Source: Camelus dromedarius (lineage: Eukaryota). Taken from it: a DNA stretch of 64,000 bases. The position numbers were made by a program, and so were the translations under genes. Below the pieces are notes generated by a model. It was not told the DNA's origin, searched no databases, and saw only the letters and a list, made by a program, of their open reading frames with translations. Each line of letters starts with the position of its first letter. The first letter of the stretch is position 1. Positions 12,015 to 24,417 of this stretch are shown in pieces. Where the stretch lies: assembly GCF_036321535.1 (NCBI RefSeq), contig NC_087437.1, positions 5,642,001 through 5,706,000 of the forward strand. The letters run 5' to 3'.

Positions 12015-12549
12015 CATGCACTTCAGTGTTTAGCACTGAGAGAACATGCTGTAGAGGAAATTGTAGGGAGAGAAGAAGACACAGAGTGGACATGAGGTGA
12101 GAGAAGGCAAGCACATACTGGATGGCTGTGCTGGAGATGTGCTGGAGGGAGGCAGGGACAAGGGTCCCTGGAAGGAAGCAGAGGCTTCTGAGGAGGCGGT
12201 CTCGGAAGGCTTCTTGTAGGAGGCATCATGGAACGTGAGCCTGGAGGAGGAGGGATAGGCACTGGTCTCGCAGGGAAGGAGGGAGGAAACATTCTGGATA
12301 CAGCCAGCATATCTCAGCTTATTGGGCCGACAGTGGGGTGTCATTGAAGGATATTGAGCTAGAGAGTGACCTGTCACTGGGATCAAAGAAGAAGGTGGGA
12401 AAGTAAGTGCACAGAGCAGAGGGGCCAAAAATGTATCTCCAATAGGTGAGAGAAAAATAATATATTGACATTTAGAGCACTAACTATGTGCCTGGCACTG
12501 CCCTAAGCACTTGCTTGGATGAACTCATTTTAATTTTCATAGCAACCCA

Positions 12550-12721
12550 GGGAAGGGTATAGCTCAGTGGTAGAGCAGGTGCTTAGCATGAACAAGGTCC
12601 TGGGTTCAATCCCCAGCACCTCCATTAAAATAAATAATAAATAAATAAGTGAATGAGTTAATAAACCTAATTATCCTCTCCCCCAAACAAGAAATTTAGA
12701 AAAGAAAAGAAAAGAAAAACG
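12550..12721 (+). mobile_element. Camelid tRNA-Ala SINE inserted in a MIR (~12465-12870)
   Basis: ggaagggtatagctcagtggtagagc...gggttcaatccccagcacctcca followed by an A-rich tail. TSD ttttcatagcaa on both sides. Confidence 0.9.
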
Positions 12722-14116
12722 TTTTCATAGCAATCCCATTAGATGGTTCTCTTTTTATCCTCAAGTTACAAATGGCACAGAGAGGTTGAGTCACTCACCC
12801 AAGGTCACACAGAGAGAAAGTCCAAGTCTGAGATTCAAACCCAGACAAGCTAGCTCTGAGCCTGTGCTCTACACTTCTTGAGATGCTTGTACTTCTGTGG
12901 GCATTAGGGGAGGAAGGGGAGAAACAGCTGAGGAATGTGGCTGTTCTGAAAAGAAACGATGGAGGACGTGATTTAAAGCACAGCCAGAGAGTGTTTGGCT
13001 TGAGAGGGGGGAATCTCTAGTTCTCTGAGACAGGAGAGGAGGACCAGAGCATAGAAGGAGGAAGGGGGATGTGGGTAGATGAGAGATCTCCTGGGAAACA
13101 ACTTAGACAGTGTCACTTATGGAGGAGCTGAGGGAGGTGGTTGGGGAATCGTCCTTGTGAGGGGCTTAGAAAGAGGAAGGGGGTCTTTGAAACCGTGTCC
13201 CTGACCACATAATCTAATAAAGGCCTTGCTGGGCAAGGCTACACACTCTCTGGGAACGCAGTGTAGCTGGCATTGGACTGGCTGGATCCTAATCCAAGCT
13301 CTGCCCATCTTAGCTGTGTGACTTGGGGTATGTCACTTAACCTTTCTGTGTCTCGGTTTCCTCATTGGACAAATAGGTACCTACCTCTTTGTTGTTGTTG
13401 TCAGGACTGGATCTGTTCGTTTATGGAGAGGGCTTAGGGTTAGGATAGTCAGCACCAGGCAAGTATGAGCTATTATAATTGTTGTTATCTTTCTGGAGAT
13501 CCCAGAAATCTTGACAAACCAGGACAGAATAACAGGATTGTAGTGGCTGGTGGCCTAGGCCTCTCCAGGCCAAGCCCCACAGTCCAGTGGCTGGAGTACA
13601 GAGACATTCACGACGCTTCATTTAGAGACGTCTAAAGAATGCATCTCCCCTTAGTCCACTGACTTCCTCATTTTTCTAGTGGCAGATTCTGGAATCACCA
13701 CGGAAGTCTTCAGATTCGACTTTCTATCGTGAGAACAAATGTGTGCGACAGAGTGCTTACTAATAAGATACCGAGCCCAGGGAAAACCTGGAGGCTTATA
13801 AAAAACACCAGACACCCTTGCAAAGGAACTTGGTTAATCTGTGCTTCAAACCACAGATGCTGCCACCCCCTCATCAAGGTTTCAGTTGGTTTAACAGCTT
13901 CCCTCCTAAATTTCCCCTTTCTGGGCAGACATTCCCTGCCTCCCACCACCCCAACCCAGTGGCATTAGAGTTTCTGATCACCAGCAGCACCAAAGACACT
14001 GGGGCAAGTAACAGTGATGGAGTGAAGTCAATGATTCCATTTAATTTGAGAGCACACTGCATTTTTAGGGTGTAACTCACTCAATTAATGATAGTTCACT
14101 CTATCAGCAATACTTC

Positions 14117-14264
14117 TATCTCCTTTATTTTATTTTTGTCTGTTTTTTGGTGGAGGGAGGTAATTAGGTTTATTTATTTATTGACGGAGGTACAGGGGAT
14201 TGACCCCAGGACCTCATCGTGCATGCTAAGCACGTGCTCTGCCACTGAGCTATACCCTCCCCCT
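14117..14264 (-). mobile_element. Camelid tRNA-Ala SINE
   Basis: Perfect 15-bp TSD tatcagcaatacttc (14102-14116 / 14265-14279). Confidence 0.92.
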
Positions 14265-14824
14265 TATCAGCAATACTTCCGAGACAATCTGTCAGCATCT
14301 CAGATAGGATGGATTTCAGAGGTGCCACCTTTTGATGCCGGAGAGTCATGTGAGAGGCCCCTGCCCCACTACTGGCCGGAGTCATTGGAATTGGTGAGGT
14401 CTGGGGATATGGGAGAAGACATGCTCCCAGCTCTCCTGTATACACCTCCACGCCCTTCATGCCTCCCCAGGCTTGTTCCACTCACTGAAGACGACTTGGA
14501 TTTACAGACGCCTCTTTTAAGCATGTGTGCCTATTCCCCTCATAAGACTTCTTACCAGTATATCTTCCACCACCCAGCAGGATCGGGACCTCCAGGGACT
14601 GCCTGAATGCCCTGAAGCCAGGGGCAGAGGTGGGAAAGGAGCACAGAGAAGATGGGTGGGCTCCCAGAGGCATTTCACCTTCTTTGCTGAGATCTGCCCA
14701 GGACCTTGTGGCCCTCCACGCTGAATGCTACTGAAAGATGACTGCTTGGGGAGCTTCGTAAAGAGATTACAAAGCATGTGCTTAAGTGAAGGAGAGGACT
14801 TTAGTGGCTTTAAAAATCAATCAT

Positions 14825-14946
14825 GGGGAGGGGAGATTATAGGTCAGTGGTAGAGCACGTGCTTAGCGTGCGTGAGGTCCTGGGTTCAATCCCCAGTACC
14901 TCCATTAAACAGACAAATAAGTAAATTAACCTAATTACCACCACCG
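14825..14946 (+). mobile_element. Camelid tRNA-Ala SINE, followed directly by an MLT1 fragment and an (AAAT)n tail
   Basis: tcagtggtagagcacgtgcttagcgtgcgtgaggtcctgggttcaatccccagtacctcca...cctaattacc. Confidence 0.88.
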
Positions 14947-14949
14947 TCA

Positions 14950-15077
14950 CTAGGATTAGGCAGGGAAGGGTTCTTCTCTGTAGGTTTCAGAGGGAGCATG
15001 GTCTGCTGACACTTGATCTTGGACTTCTAGCCTCCAGAACTGTAAGACAATAAATTTCTATTATTTTAAGCCAAAAA

Positions 15078-15112
<35 letters not shown>

Positions 15113-15113
15113 A
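14950..15113 (+). mobile_element. MLT1 (B/C/D-like) LTR 3' fragment ending in (AAAT)n
   Basis: ttcagagggagcatgg...ctgctgacacttgatcttggacttctagcctccagaactgtaagacaataaatttc. AATAAA at 15049-15054 and tail at 15073-15113. Confidence 0.8.
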
Positions 15114-15164
15114 GTGACCACCAAGCAGACCATCCTTTACTTAATAAGCACTTATATTGAAGGT

Positions 15165-15310
15165 GCTCCGTCTTAGCTGCACTTTGGAATCACCTGGGGT
15201 GATTTGACAAGCTCTGATGCCCAGGCACACCTCAGACCTTCAAACAGAATCCCTGGGATGAGACCCAAGCATCAGTATTTTTGGAAAGCTCCCTAGGTGC
15301 TTCCACAGTG
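15165..15310. mobile_element. MER5A-like hAT MITE
   Basis: gctgcactttggaatcacctgggg...ctgatgcccaggcacacc...cccaagcatcagtatttt...gctccctaggtg. Related copies at ~13780-13990 and ~34940-35070. Confidence 0.7.
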
Positions 15311-16109
15311 CAGCTGACATACCTGGTGCCTGCCGTGTGCTGTGTGCATATGGACACGTTGAATCCTTGCATCTGTTTTATGAGTGAAGTGCAGATTTTG
15401 TCCCCATTTTACAGATGAGGGGATAGAGGCACAGAGACATCCCCTGCTTTGTCCATGATCATATGGCTGGTAATTTCCAGGATGGAGATTTGAACCTGGG
15501 CCAACTGGCTCCAGAGTCCAGGTTTGTCGCCAACAGGTTCATTTCCTCCTGTGACACGGGAAACATGAGCTCTTGGCAAAGCCTGATACTGTGAAGTGGC
15601 CACGGTGCAAGGGATGGAGACCCTGTGTCTGCTTTCTGGGAAGCTGAGTAAAAGATCTTCCCAAGCAATGCCACATTTACAATTAGTAATTTTAAAACAT
15701 TGCTACCGGAAAAGGCAGACTTTCCCATTCTGCCCACAGACTGTCTTAGGATAAGATTTCCACCTCTCCTTTTCTTCCCCATATCCACCCCAAAAGATTG
15801 AGAGCTAGACTCAAGCTGGAATTAAGTGGGGAGAGGGTGCAGTTTGTCAGTTGGGTCTTCTGTCTGTGGTTAAGGTCCAGCCCATCGGGCTGAAGGCTTC
15901 CTGACATGTGCGCTGGACTGGGGACTTGTCACATGCTTGTCTAAAATTAGTCTGCTGCTGTGAGCAGAACTGAAAAGTTGAGGAAAGAGGATAGGATTGG
16001 GAGGAACACTGTATCTGGTCCCGGCTGCTTCCCCAAATCAGCCCCAGCGACTTGCCTTCCCTCTGGGCCTCTTCCGTAAAATGAAGAGAGCTGGATTCCA
16101 TCTGAGGTC

Positions 16110-16400
16110 ACCAGTCAGTTCAGCCAAGAGACATGTTTTGTTTGGCCCTCACTTTCAAATTGTTTTGAATTAATTGCCAATGTTTAAAGATTGGGATCAT
16201 TTACATAAAGGCTAGATTTCCAGCTTCCCTTGAACAGTTATAAGAGACATCCTTGCCCTGCTGGGTCCCGTGGGCAACCACAGGCTGGAGTTGAGACAGC
16301 ACACTCTTTAGATGGAGTGCACAGTTTTCCCCATTCCACCCTCCCCCCCAAAAGACTGGCCAATGTCTCTGTTTACGCATCTTCTGACTCTTGCAGGGAC
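16110..16400. mobile_element. Ancient hAT MITE (MER102-like), part of which is duplicated in inverted orientation at 16593-16722
   Basis: gttttgtttggccc...attgccaatgtttaaagattggga...gatttccagcttc...ggctggag. Family assignment is from memory. Confidence 0.5.
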
Positions 16401-17369
16401 TGGAAACCAGATGATTTCCAAAGTCTTCTCCAGAAGTTGAGACTCCTTCATTCACAGGATCTTTAAGTCTATGAGGCAGGGATGAAGTCTTACAGATTGA
16501 GGCTCAGTCAATATTTTCATTTAAAGATAGGGTTGATCAAAGTAAAACTAACACAGAGGGTGATGTCCTCTGTGAGAGACTGTTTCCTGATGTCTCTCAC
16601 CTCCAGCCCGTGGCTGCCTGCGGGACCCGGCAGGGCAAGGCTGTCTCTTCCAATCGTTCAAGAGAAGCTGGAAATCGCGACTTCCTGTAAATGATTCCAA
16701 TCTTTAAACGCTAGCAGTTAATGTTTTATCTTTCACCTTGACACATGTAATTGACAATGTTCTGCACGCTTCCCGTGCATTTTTATATTCTGGTTCATGT
16801 TTTGAAGGCATGGGCAGAGACAAAACCAAAGCCATATAAGGTTATGAAGAAAACTGCCTGCTAAAGAAAAGGGAGGACACGGGCTAATGTGTTCTCGGAG
16901 GGACAGTCTGAAATTACAGAGGAGAACTACCTGTCCTTCCAAACAAGACAATCTGAAATAAATTCCAGGAAAGTGTGTCAGGTGGGTGTGGTGTCTGACG
17001 TTGTTTTACACCGACCATGTTCAGTGAGACCCTCTGCTCTTGATGGGACGTGAAGTTCTCAGGGAGTGGGGCTGTTTATTTCAGAACTTTGACGATGACC
17101 ATATCGTCGCTTGAAATCGCACATAAATTTAAGTTCTGTTGGCTCTCAGAGCTCTTCGGATGAGACATTAATAAAAATACATCTGGGTGCAGATGTTAAG
17201 TGATTTTTTTTGTCCCTCTGACTACTCACAACTTTCCTTTATGTATTTCCTTTAATTTTTACTGGACTAATTATGAAAATAAAATTAATACGTACAGATA
17301 TCAAAGAGTGGAATGATATGAAAAGTGAAGTAAATGTCTGTTTTCCGTTATCTAATTTTCAGATTTTTA

Positions 17370-17460
17370 TTTCTTTCTTTTTAATGGAGGTACTAGGGAT
17401 TGAACTCAGGACCTCACACGTGCTAAACATGTGCTCTACCACTGAGCTACATCTTCCCCC
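17370..17460 (-). mobile_element. Camelid tRNA-Ala SINE (short)
   Basis: ttaatggaggtactagggattgaactcaggacctcacacgtgctaaacatgtgctctaccactgagctac. Confidence 0.88.
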
Positions 17461-17784
17461 GTTAATTTTTAAATTTTCAGTGTGGTAAAATACACATAAC
17501 ATAAAATTTATCATCTCAACCACTTTTAAGTGTAGTTAGTTCAATAGTGTTCAATAGTGTTAAGTATATTCATGTTGTTTTCTCTTTTATCTTAACCCCA
17601 GTGTTAACCACAGTTATATTTTTCTATGTCCTTACAGAAAATTAGATGCACATTCTTTGTTATTAATACAAACACATTTTTTCACATCTTTTAAAGTTGC
17701 CACATCAGCGTGGATCAGTCTTGCTTGTTCTTTTTATGGTTGCCAAATATTCCATTCTTATGGATAATTTACTTAACTAATTCT

Positions 17785-17912
17785 TTTTTTAAGCAGAATA
17801 TAGCTGATTTACAACGTTGTGTTAGTTTCTGGTGTACAGCTTAGTGATTCAGTTATACATATATTATTTTTTAGACTCTTTTTCATTATAGGCTATTATA
17901 AGCTATTGAATA
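17785..17912 (-). mobile_element. Very short L1 3' tail
   Basis: gatttacaacgttgtgttagtttctggtgtacagc...ttataggctattataagctattgaata, flanked by taattctttt repeats. Confidence 0.8.
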
Positions 17913-18497
17913 TTAATTCTTTATTAATGGATATTTAAGTACTCTGGAGAGTTTGGCTATTACCAAAAAGAAAGAAATCCTATCCTGAACATATTTGTTA
18001 TATATATATACACATATTTGTGTTTGGCTTATCTACGCAAGTATCTTGTGGGTGGATTCTCAGTAGCCCACAAACTGGCATCTTTGTCTGGTTGACACTT
18101 TCCTAGCTGAAAACACGGCAGGTTGTGTACTAAGGGTTTTTAGATCCAGTAGAATACTTATCATAAACTATAATGGCATAGAAGATACACTGCAGCCGTG
18201 TCTGAACTCTGAAATTAGACGATTAAGTCCAAATTGAGGCCCTGCCAGATAGACTGTAAAGCCTCGGGCAACTTGCTCATAACATCACTCGCCTCAGTGT
18301 GTTCATCTGGAAAACAGGTTCATAATCATAGCTGCCCCTGGGGGTTACTGGAGAACTAAATGCACGGTACCTGGGGCAGGTCAAGCACTCCATGCATTAG
18401 TTAGTATTCTAGGTCCTTCTCTTAACTATGAACTTTGAGCCAGACAGTTTAAACATGATAGCTTACAAGATATTTTCAAATTTAAGATTTAAAAATC

Positions 18498-19650
18498 TAT
18501 AGAAGCAAAAAGAAACAAATGGGACCCAGTTAAATTCATAAGCTTTTGCACAGCCAAGGAAACCATAAACAAAATGAAAAGACAACCTACGGGTTGGGAG
18601 GAAATATTTGCACATGATGTGACTGACAAGGGCTTAATTTCCAGAATATACAAACAGCTCATACAACTTAATAACAAAACAACAAACAACCCAATCCAAA
18701 AATGGGCAGAAGACCTAAACAAGCAATTCTCCAGTGAAGACATAGAAATGGCCGATAGGCACATGAAAAAATGCGCAATATTTCTAATTATCAGAGAAAT
18801 GTAAATCAAAACTACAATGAGGTATCACCTCACACCAATCAGAATGGCCATCATTCAAAAGTCCACAAAGGATAAATGCTGGAGAGGATGTGGAGAAAAG
18901 TAACCCTCCTACACTGCTGATGGGAATGCAGTTTGGTGCACCCATTATGGAAACAATATGGAGATTTCCTCAAAAAACTAAAAATGGACTTAACCATATG
19001 ACCCAGCAATCCTACTCCTGGGCATATATCTGGAGGAACTTTAATTCAAAAAAGACACATGCACCCCAATGTTCATAGCAGCACTATTTACAACAGTCAA
19101 CACATGGAAACATCCTAAATGTCCATTGAAAGATGACTGTATTGTGGTAAGAAGTTGTGGTATATTTATACAATGGAATACTACTCAGCCATAAAAAAGA
19201 ATAAAATAATGCCATTTGTAGCAACATGGATGGACCTGGAGATTGTCATTCCAAATGAAGCAAGCCAGAAAGAGAAATACCATGTGATATCACTTATATG
19301 TGGAAACCAAAAAAACACAAATGAACTTATTTACAAAACAGGAACAGACTCACAGACATGGAAAACAAACTTATGGTTACGAGGAGGGAAAGAGGGTGGG
19401 AAAGGATAAATTGGGAGTTTAAGATTTCCAAATACTAATTACTATATATAAAATAGATTACGAGTTTCTTTAGTATAGCACAGGGAACTATATTCAGTAT
19501 CTTGTAGTAACCTATAATGAAAAAGAATATGAAAAGGAATATATATATGTGTGTATGTATGACTGAAACACTGTGCTGTGAAATTGACAGACAGAACATT
19601 GTAAACTGATTATACTTCAATAAAATTTTTTTAACAAATAAAGGAGTAGT
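18498..19650 (+). mobile_element. 5'-truncated L1: decayed ORF2 C-terminus plus 3'UTR
   Basis: ORF pieces [29 protein letters not shown] and MWYIYTMEYYSAIKKNKIMPF are L1 ORF2 C-terminal motifs, broken by stops and frameshifts. Possible TSD atttaaaaatc. Confidence 0.93.
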
Positions 19651-20994
19651 AAATTTAAAAATCCCAACATTTTATTCTATCATTCAATTGCCAAAGTATG
19701 GGGAAAATTGACAAAACTTGTCAACATACAAAAACTACCCATGTGCAGCCAACCAATTCTTGCTCTCCTCCATCTCCTTAAGAATACTTTGGATTGCGCT
19801 TATTTCCCCTGACATGTGTCATGGAAATTGCACTTGCCTTTCCTGAACTTACCCTGGGTCAAATAAAGCCAGAGCCCAGGGACGACCTCTCAAGAGAACA
19901 ATTCTTTACATGCTTTAAATGTCTGCAAATGTCTCCTGTACTTTGCCTCATAATCTTGACTTTGCCAGGTTACCTGAAATGGGCTTGTTTTCTTTTCATA
20001 AATGAAGTGGAGTCAAAAGAATCCCCGTAACACATTCTCCCTCCGTGGCTCTGACTTGGGGGCAGTAGGAGAGGAGAGATGCACTGTCCTCAACAGCCCG
20101 TCTCCCTGGGTCGCCGCTGGTTTCCTGCCTGGGTTCTGGAGACCTTGTCGTGGAGCACAAACCACTCACTCTTTGCTCTAGACTTGCTCTTCCTTTTCTC
20201 AGTTTTACAGAAACCTTCTCCTGTCACTCTTCATGGCTCTGATTAGTGAACTTTTGTTAATCCTAATAAAAGATGGTTTGAGTGATGCAGCAGAAATGCT
20301 GGCCAGAGAGGGGTTGTTGGCAGGAGATATGATGAGGGCATGTGGACAGGTCTTTGTGCAGGTGGCATCTGTCCAGTGGAGTGGCTGTAGCAACTCTTGA
20401 ATGAGTCTTCATACTCGAGACTCTTACCACGGAATAATATTCAAAAGATTCCTTAGCACCTGCCACTGCTTTGTGGCCACAAGAGGTCCCTCTACCTTAG
20501 GTTGTCAGGTAATGGTAATAGACACAGTTACTAAGGTCAGGGAAGCAGTAAAGAATCTTGTAGACCCCCATCTTGGAGCCTGAGATGCAAATTGATTGGC
20601 TGTGAATAGTCGGCATTTTGTGGTTGGTGTGTTTTTGCAATGCCTTGTACTGATTCTCGAAAAGGTATGCATCCTGCTACATAAGCCCTGTATGCTCTGA
20701 ACTGCTTCCCACGTCTTGAGAGCAGACTGAGATCAGGAGGATGTCCCCTTGGAGGGTTCCCCTGAAACCTAATGGAGAATGTAAATATTTATTGAGCACG
20801 TACTATGGGCCAGGCTCTGTTCTAGAAAACCTGGGAAGGCAGTGCACAGAAAAGAGAAGTCACCTGCTTTCTAGGAGCTTATATACCAGTAAGGGCAGTT
20901 ATCAATAGATAAACATCCAGTACATTTGGTAGTGGTAAGCCCAATGCAAAATCATAGAGGTAAGAAAAGTCAAGAATAACAGGAATAGAAAATG

Positions 20995-23095
20995 AAATAA
21001 AAGACACCATATTGGAAAGAAATAAAACCATTTGCGGAAGACAGATCTTGTACATAAAAATCCTAAAGAATCCACTAAAACATGATAAGGACTAGTAAAG
21101 GAATTTAGCAAGGTCACAGGATCCAAGATACGCCAAAATCAATGGTATTTGTATACAGTTGCAATGAACAACCTGAAAAAGAAATTAAGAAAACGATTCC
21201 ATTGACAATAGCATCAGGTACAAACACAATAGAATACTTAGGAGTAAATTTAACAAAAGAATTTCAATATGTATACTCTAGAAATTGTAAAATGTTGAAA
21301 GAAATGAAGGAAGATCTAAATAAATGGAGAGACATCTCATGTTCATGGATTGGAAGGCAACATTGTTCAGATGGCAGTACTCCCCAAATTTATCTATGAA
21401 CTCAATGCAATCCCTAGCAGAATCCTAATTGGCTTCTTTGTAGAAATGTGCTAGCTGATCCTAAAATTCATACGGAATTACACGAGCCCTGAATAGTCAA
21501 AATCATCTTGAGAAAGAAGAACAAAGTTGGAGGACTCACTTTCCAATTTCAAAACTTACTATAAAGCAACAGTAATCAAAACAGTGTGGTACTGGCTTAG
21601 GATGAACTTAAAGGTCAGTTGGATAGCCAAATGCGAGAGAATGAATTTGAATCTTTGCCTCCCACCATAGACAAAAATTAACTCAAAATAGGAGCAAAGA
21701 TCTGAAGGTAAAGCCCAAATGTTAAAACTCTTAGAAGAAAACATAGGGGTCAATCTTCTTGATCTCGGATTTGGCATTGAATTCTTAGACAGGACACCAA
21801 AAACGCAAGCAACAAAAGAAAAAATACATAAATTGTACTTCATTAAAATTAAGAACTTTTAGACTCTAAAGGACACCATCAAGAAAGTGACAAGACACTC
21901 ACCTAATGGGAGAAAATATTAAAGACCAAATATCTGATAAGGGACTTACATCTAGAATCTATAAAGGACTCTTACAACTGAATAACAAATGAGGGGGAGG
22001 CTAGAGCTCAGGGGTAGAGCACATGCTCAGCATACACGAGGTCCTGGGTTCAATCCCCAGATCCTCCTCTAAATAAATAAGCAAAACCCAATTACCTCCC
22101 CCTCCAAAAACAAACAAACAAACAAACAACAACAAGAAGACAAACAACCCAGTTAAATGATGGAGAAGAATATATATAGGTATAACTGAATCGCTATGCT
22201 GTACACCAGAAACTAATACAACATTATAAATCCACTATACTTCAATTTTTTAAAAATATGAATAAAGGATCTGAATAGGCATTTCTCCCCACAAAAAGAA
22301 AAATGCACAAATGGACAAAAAGCACTAGAAAGGAGGCCAAGCCGTCAGGGAAATGCAAATCAAAACCACAAAGATATACCACTTCACACCCATCGGGATG
22401 GCTGTCATCAAAAAGTCAGATAATAGTAAGTGTTGACAAAGCTGTAGGAAAATCGGACACTTCCTACATCCCTGGTGGGAATGTGAGCAGGTTCAGCACT
22501 TTGACACACAGCCTGTCAGTTTCTCAAACAGAGTTCCATTGACCAGCAATTCCATTCCTAGGTATATACCTGGGAGAAATGAAAACACATCCACACAGAA
22601 ACCTACACAGAAATGTTCATAGCCGTATTTCTCATAATAGCCAAATGAGGGAAGCAACCCAATCACCCATCAATTGATGAATGGATAAACAAAGTGTAAT
22701 ATATTTAGACAATGGAATATTTATTCAGGCATAAAAAGGAATGAAGTGTTGAGACATGGAGAAGCCTTGAGGACATTATGCTCAGTGAAATTAGCCAGTA
22801 ACAAAAGCCACAGCTTATATGATTTTGCTCCTATGAAATGTCAAGAATAAGCAAATATATAGAGATAGAAAGCAAGTTAGTAGTTGCTTAGGGCTGGGAT
22901 TAGGGCCAGAGTGAATGGAGAGGATTTGAGAGTGGTTGTTCAAGGGGACAGGTTTCCTTTCTGAGGTGATGAAATGTTCTGTCATTGATTGTGGTGATGG
23001 TCGCACGAGTCTGTGAAGGTACTGAAAAACCATTGACTTGTGCAGTTTAAACGGGTGAATTGTATGGTATGTGAATTAGACGTCAATAAAGCCAT
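20995..23095 (+). mobile_element. Older L1 (L1MB-like) ORF2 3' part plus 3'UTR, with nested insertions
   Basis: The ORF at 21142 (YLGVNLTK...LNKWRDISCSWIGR) is L1 ORF2. 3'UTR motifs gattgtggtgatggtcgcac and aattgtatggtatgtgaatta. A SINE at 21992 and a small L1 tail at ~22165-22255 are nested inside. Confidence 0.9.
21992..22130 (+). mobile_element. Camelid tRNA-Ala SINE nested in L1
   Basis: gggggaggctagagctcaggggtagagcacatgctcagcatacacgaggtcctgggttcaatcccc followed by an (AAAC)n tail. Confidence 0.88.
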
Positions 23096-23096
23096 T

Positions 23097-23265
23097 ACGA
23101 AGAGAGAGAGGGAAAGAAAGGAAGGAAGGAACAAAGATGAGAAAGGAGGAAAGGAGAAGGAAGAAAGGAGAGGAAGGAAGAAAGGAGAGGAAGGAAGAGG
23201 AGAGGGACAGTGTTAGCATCAAAATTTGAAGAAAGTGCCAGAATCTTGGAAGAAAAAAAAAAAAG
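23097..23265 (+). repeat. GA-rich low-complexity tract at the L1 tail
   Basis: (GGAA/GAGA)n purine tract. Confidence 0.85.
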
Positions 23266-23862
23266 CAGTGACAAGGGTGGAGAAGAGGGGGTGATTTCAT
23301 GGAGGGGTGTATCCTGGAGGCGTCTGTAACAGAGTGACATTTATTTTAGCCAAGACCTTCAGGAAGCAAGGGAGTGAACCACATGGTTCTCTGAACAGGT
23401 AACATGCTCTGACTTCCATTTTCTCAAGGTCATTCTGGCTACCATGTGATGAAGGAGTGGAGGGGAAAGGAAGCGGCAAGGTCGGGGGATGCCTAGATAC
23501 GGTCCAGGTAAGGTGCCTTTGCATCTCTATTTTGTGCCTCACTTTCTCTCATATAAGTAAGGGGCGATGACCCACGGTCTGAAAACCGCACAGACCATTT
23601 AGAAGCAGAATTGCCTGGGGAAAGTGTGGACAAATGACCCCTCACCCAGAGTATAAATAGCTACTTGCTTTGAATTTCACTTTCCACATCCACAGAAAGT
23701 TAATTAATTGCACAAGCGTGTGTGTGATGTCTGTCTCCCTCGGTACACTAGAAACGTCGTGGTGGTCAGAGCCATAGCCATTGTGTTCTCTGCTGTCTGC
23801 CTGGCATCCAGAACAGGGTCAGACACAAAACAGGGCCTCCAGGAATACTCACTGAGTGCATG

Positions 23863-24417
23863 TGTTGCAGAAAAATGTGTCACAGCTGTGTGTTACAGCT
23901 CAGTTGTGACAGCAACCTGGATCCCGGCGAGAAACCAAGCAGCACTCGGAGAGTTGGACAACTCAGGTTTATTACACCAGCAGGCCTATAAGGGTTAACA
24001 CTTCAAGCTCTGGACCCCATCTGTCGGTTTACACAGGCCTTTTATAGCCTGCCAGTTTTACACTTTGCAACATCGTATGCAAATAAAGTATAACAGAAGT
24101 TGACCAACCAGGAACAAGCTTTGTAGAAATAGACCAATCAGGAGTGAGCTCCATGCAAATGAAGTACTACAAATGGACCAATCAGAAGTTAGGGAAGTGG
24201 ACCAATCAGAAGTGAGAGTAATAACCAATCAGGAGTGAAGGAAATAACCAATCAGAAGTGAGCTCAGGGAATCAATAGAATTCTAGGTGTAAGTTAGCCG
24301 CTTTAGAGGCAAAAAGTGAGATAGAGCCTCTGGGCCAGGGAACCGGAGGGTACTGGGAGGAGAGCAGTGGCCCTGCCTAGGGTTCCTGGCGGTCTTTTTA
24401 TGGGGCTTCGTGCCTCA
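23863..24417 (-). mobile_element. ERV solo LTR (555 bp) with tandem CCAAT boxes
   Basis: Minus strand runs TGAGGC...GCAACA. TSD CATG (23859-23862 / 24418-24421), TATA-like CTATAAAA (24040-24047), AATAAA (23968-23973), five CCAATCAG repeats. Confidence 0.88.

Noticed and set aside
16601..16684. Apparent minus-strand exon (tttacag ... gtgaga)
   Set aside because: It lies in the inverted duplicate of a transposon fragment, and the translation is unrecognisable.
18574..19409. ORFs with real protein similarity (also 21142, 41161 and 51340)
   Set aside because: They are decayed L1 ORF2 fragments with stops and frameshifts, not host genes.
24130..24260. Regularly spaced repeats resembling a CRISPR array
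   Set aside because: These are eukaryotic LTR U3 enhancer repeats with a 23-24 bp period, no unique spacers of CRISPR size and no cas genes.
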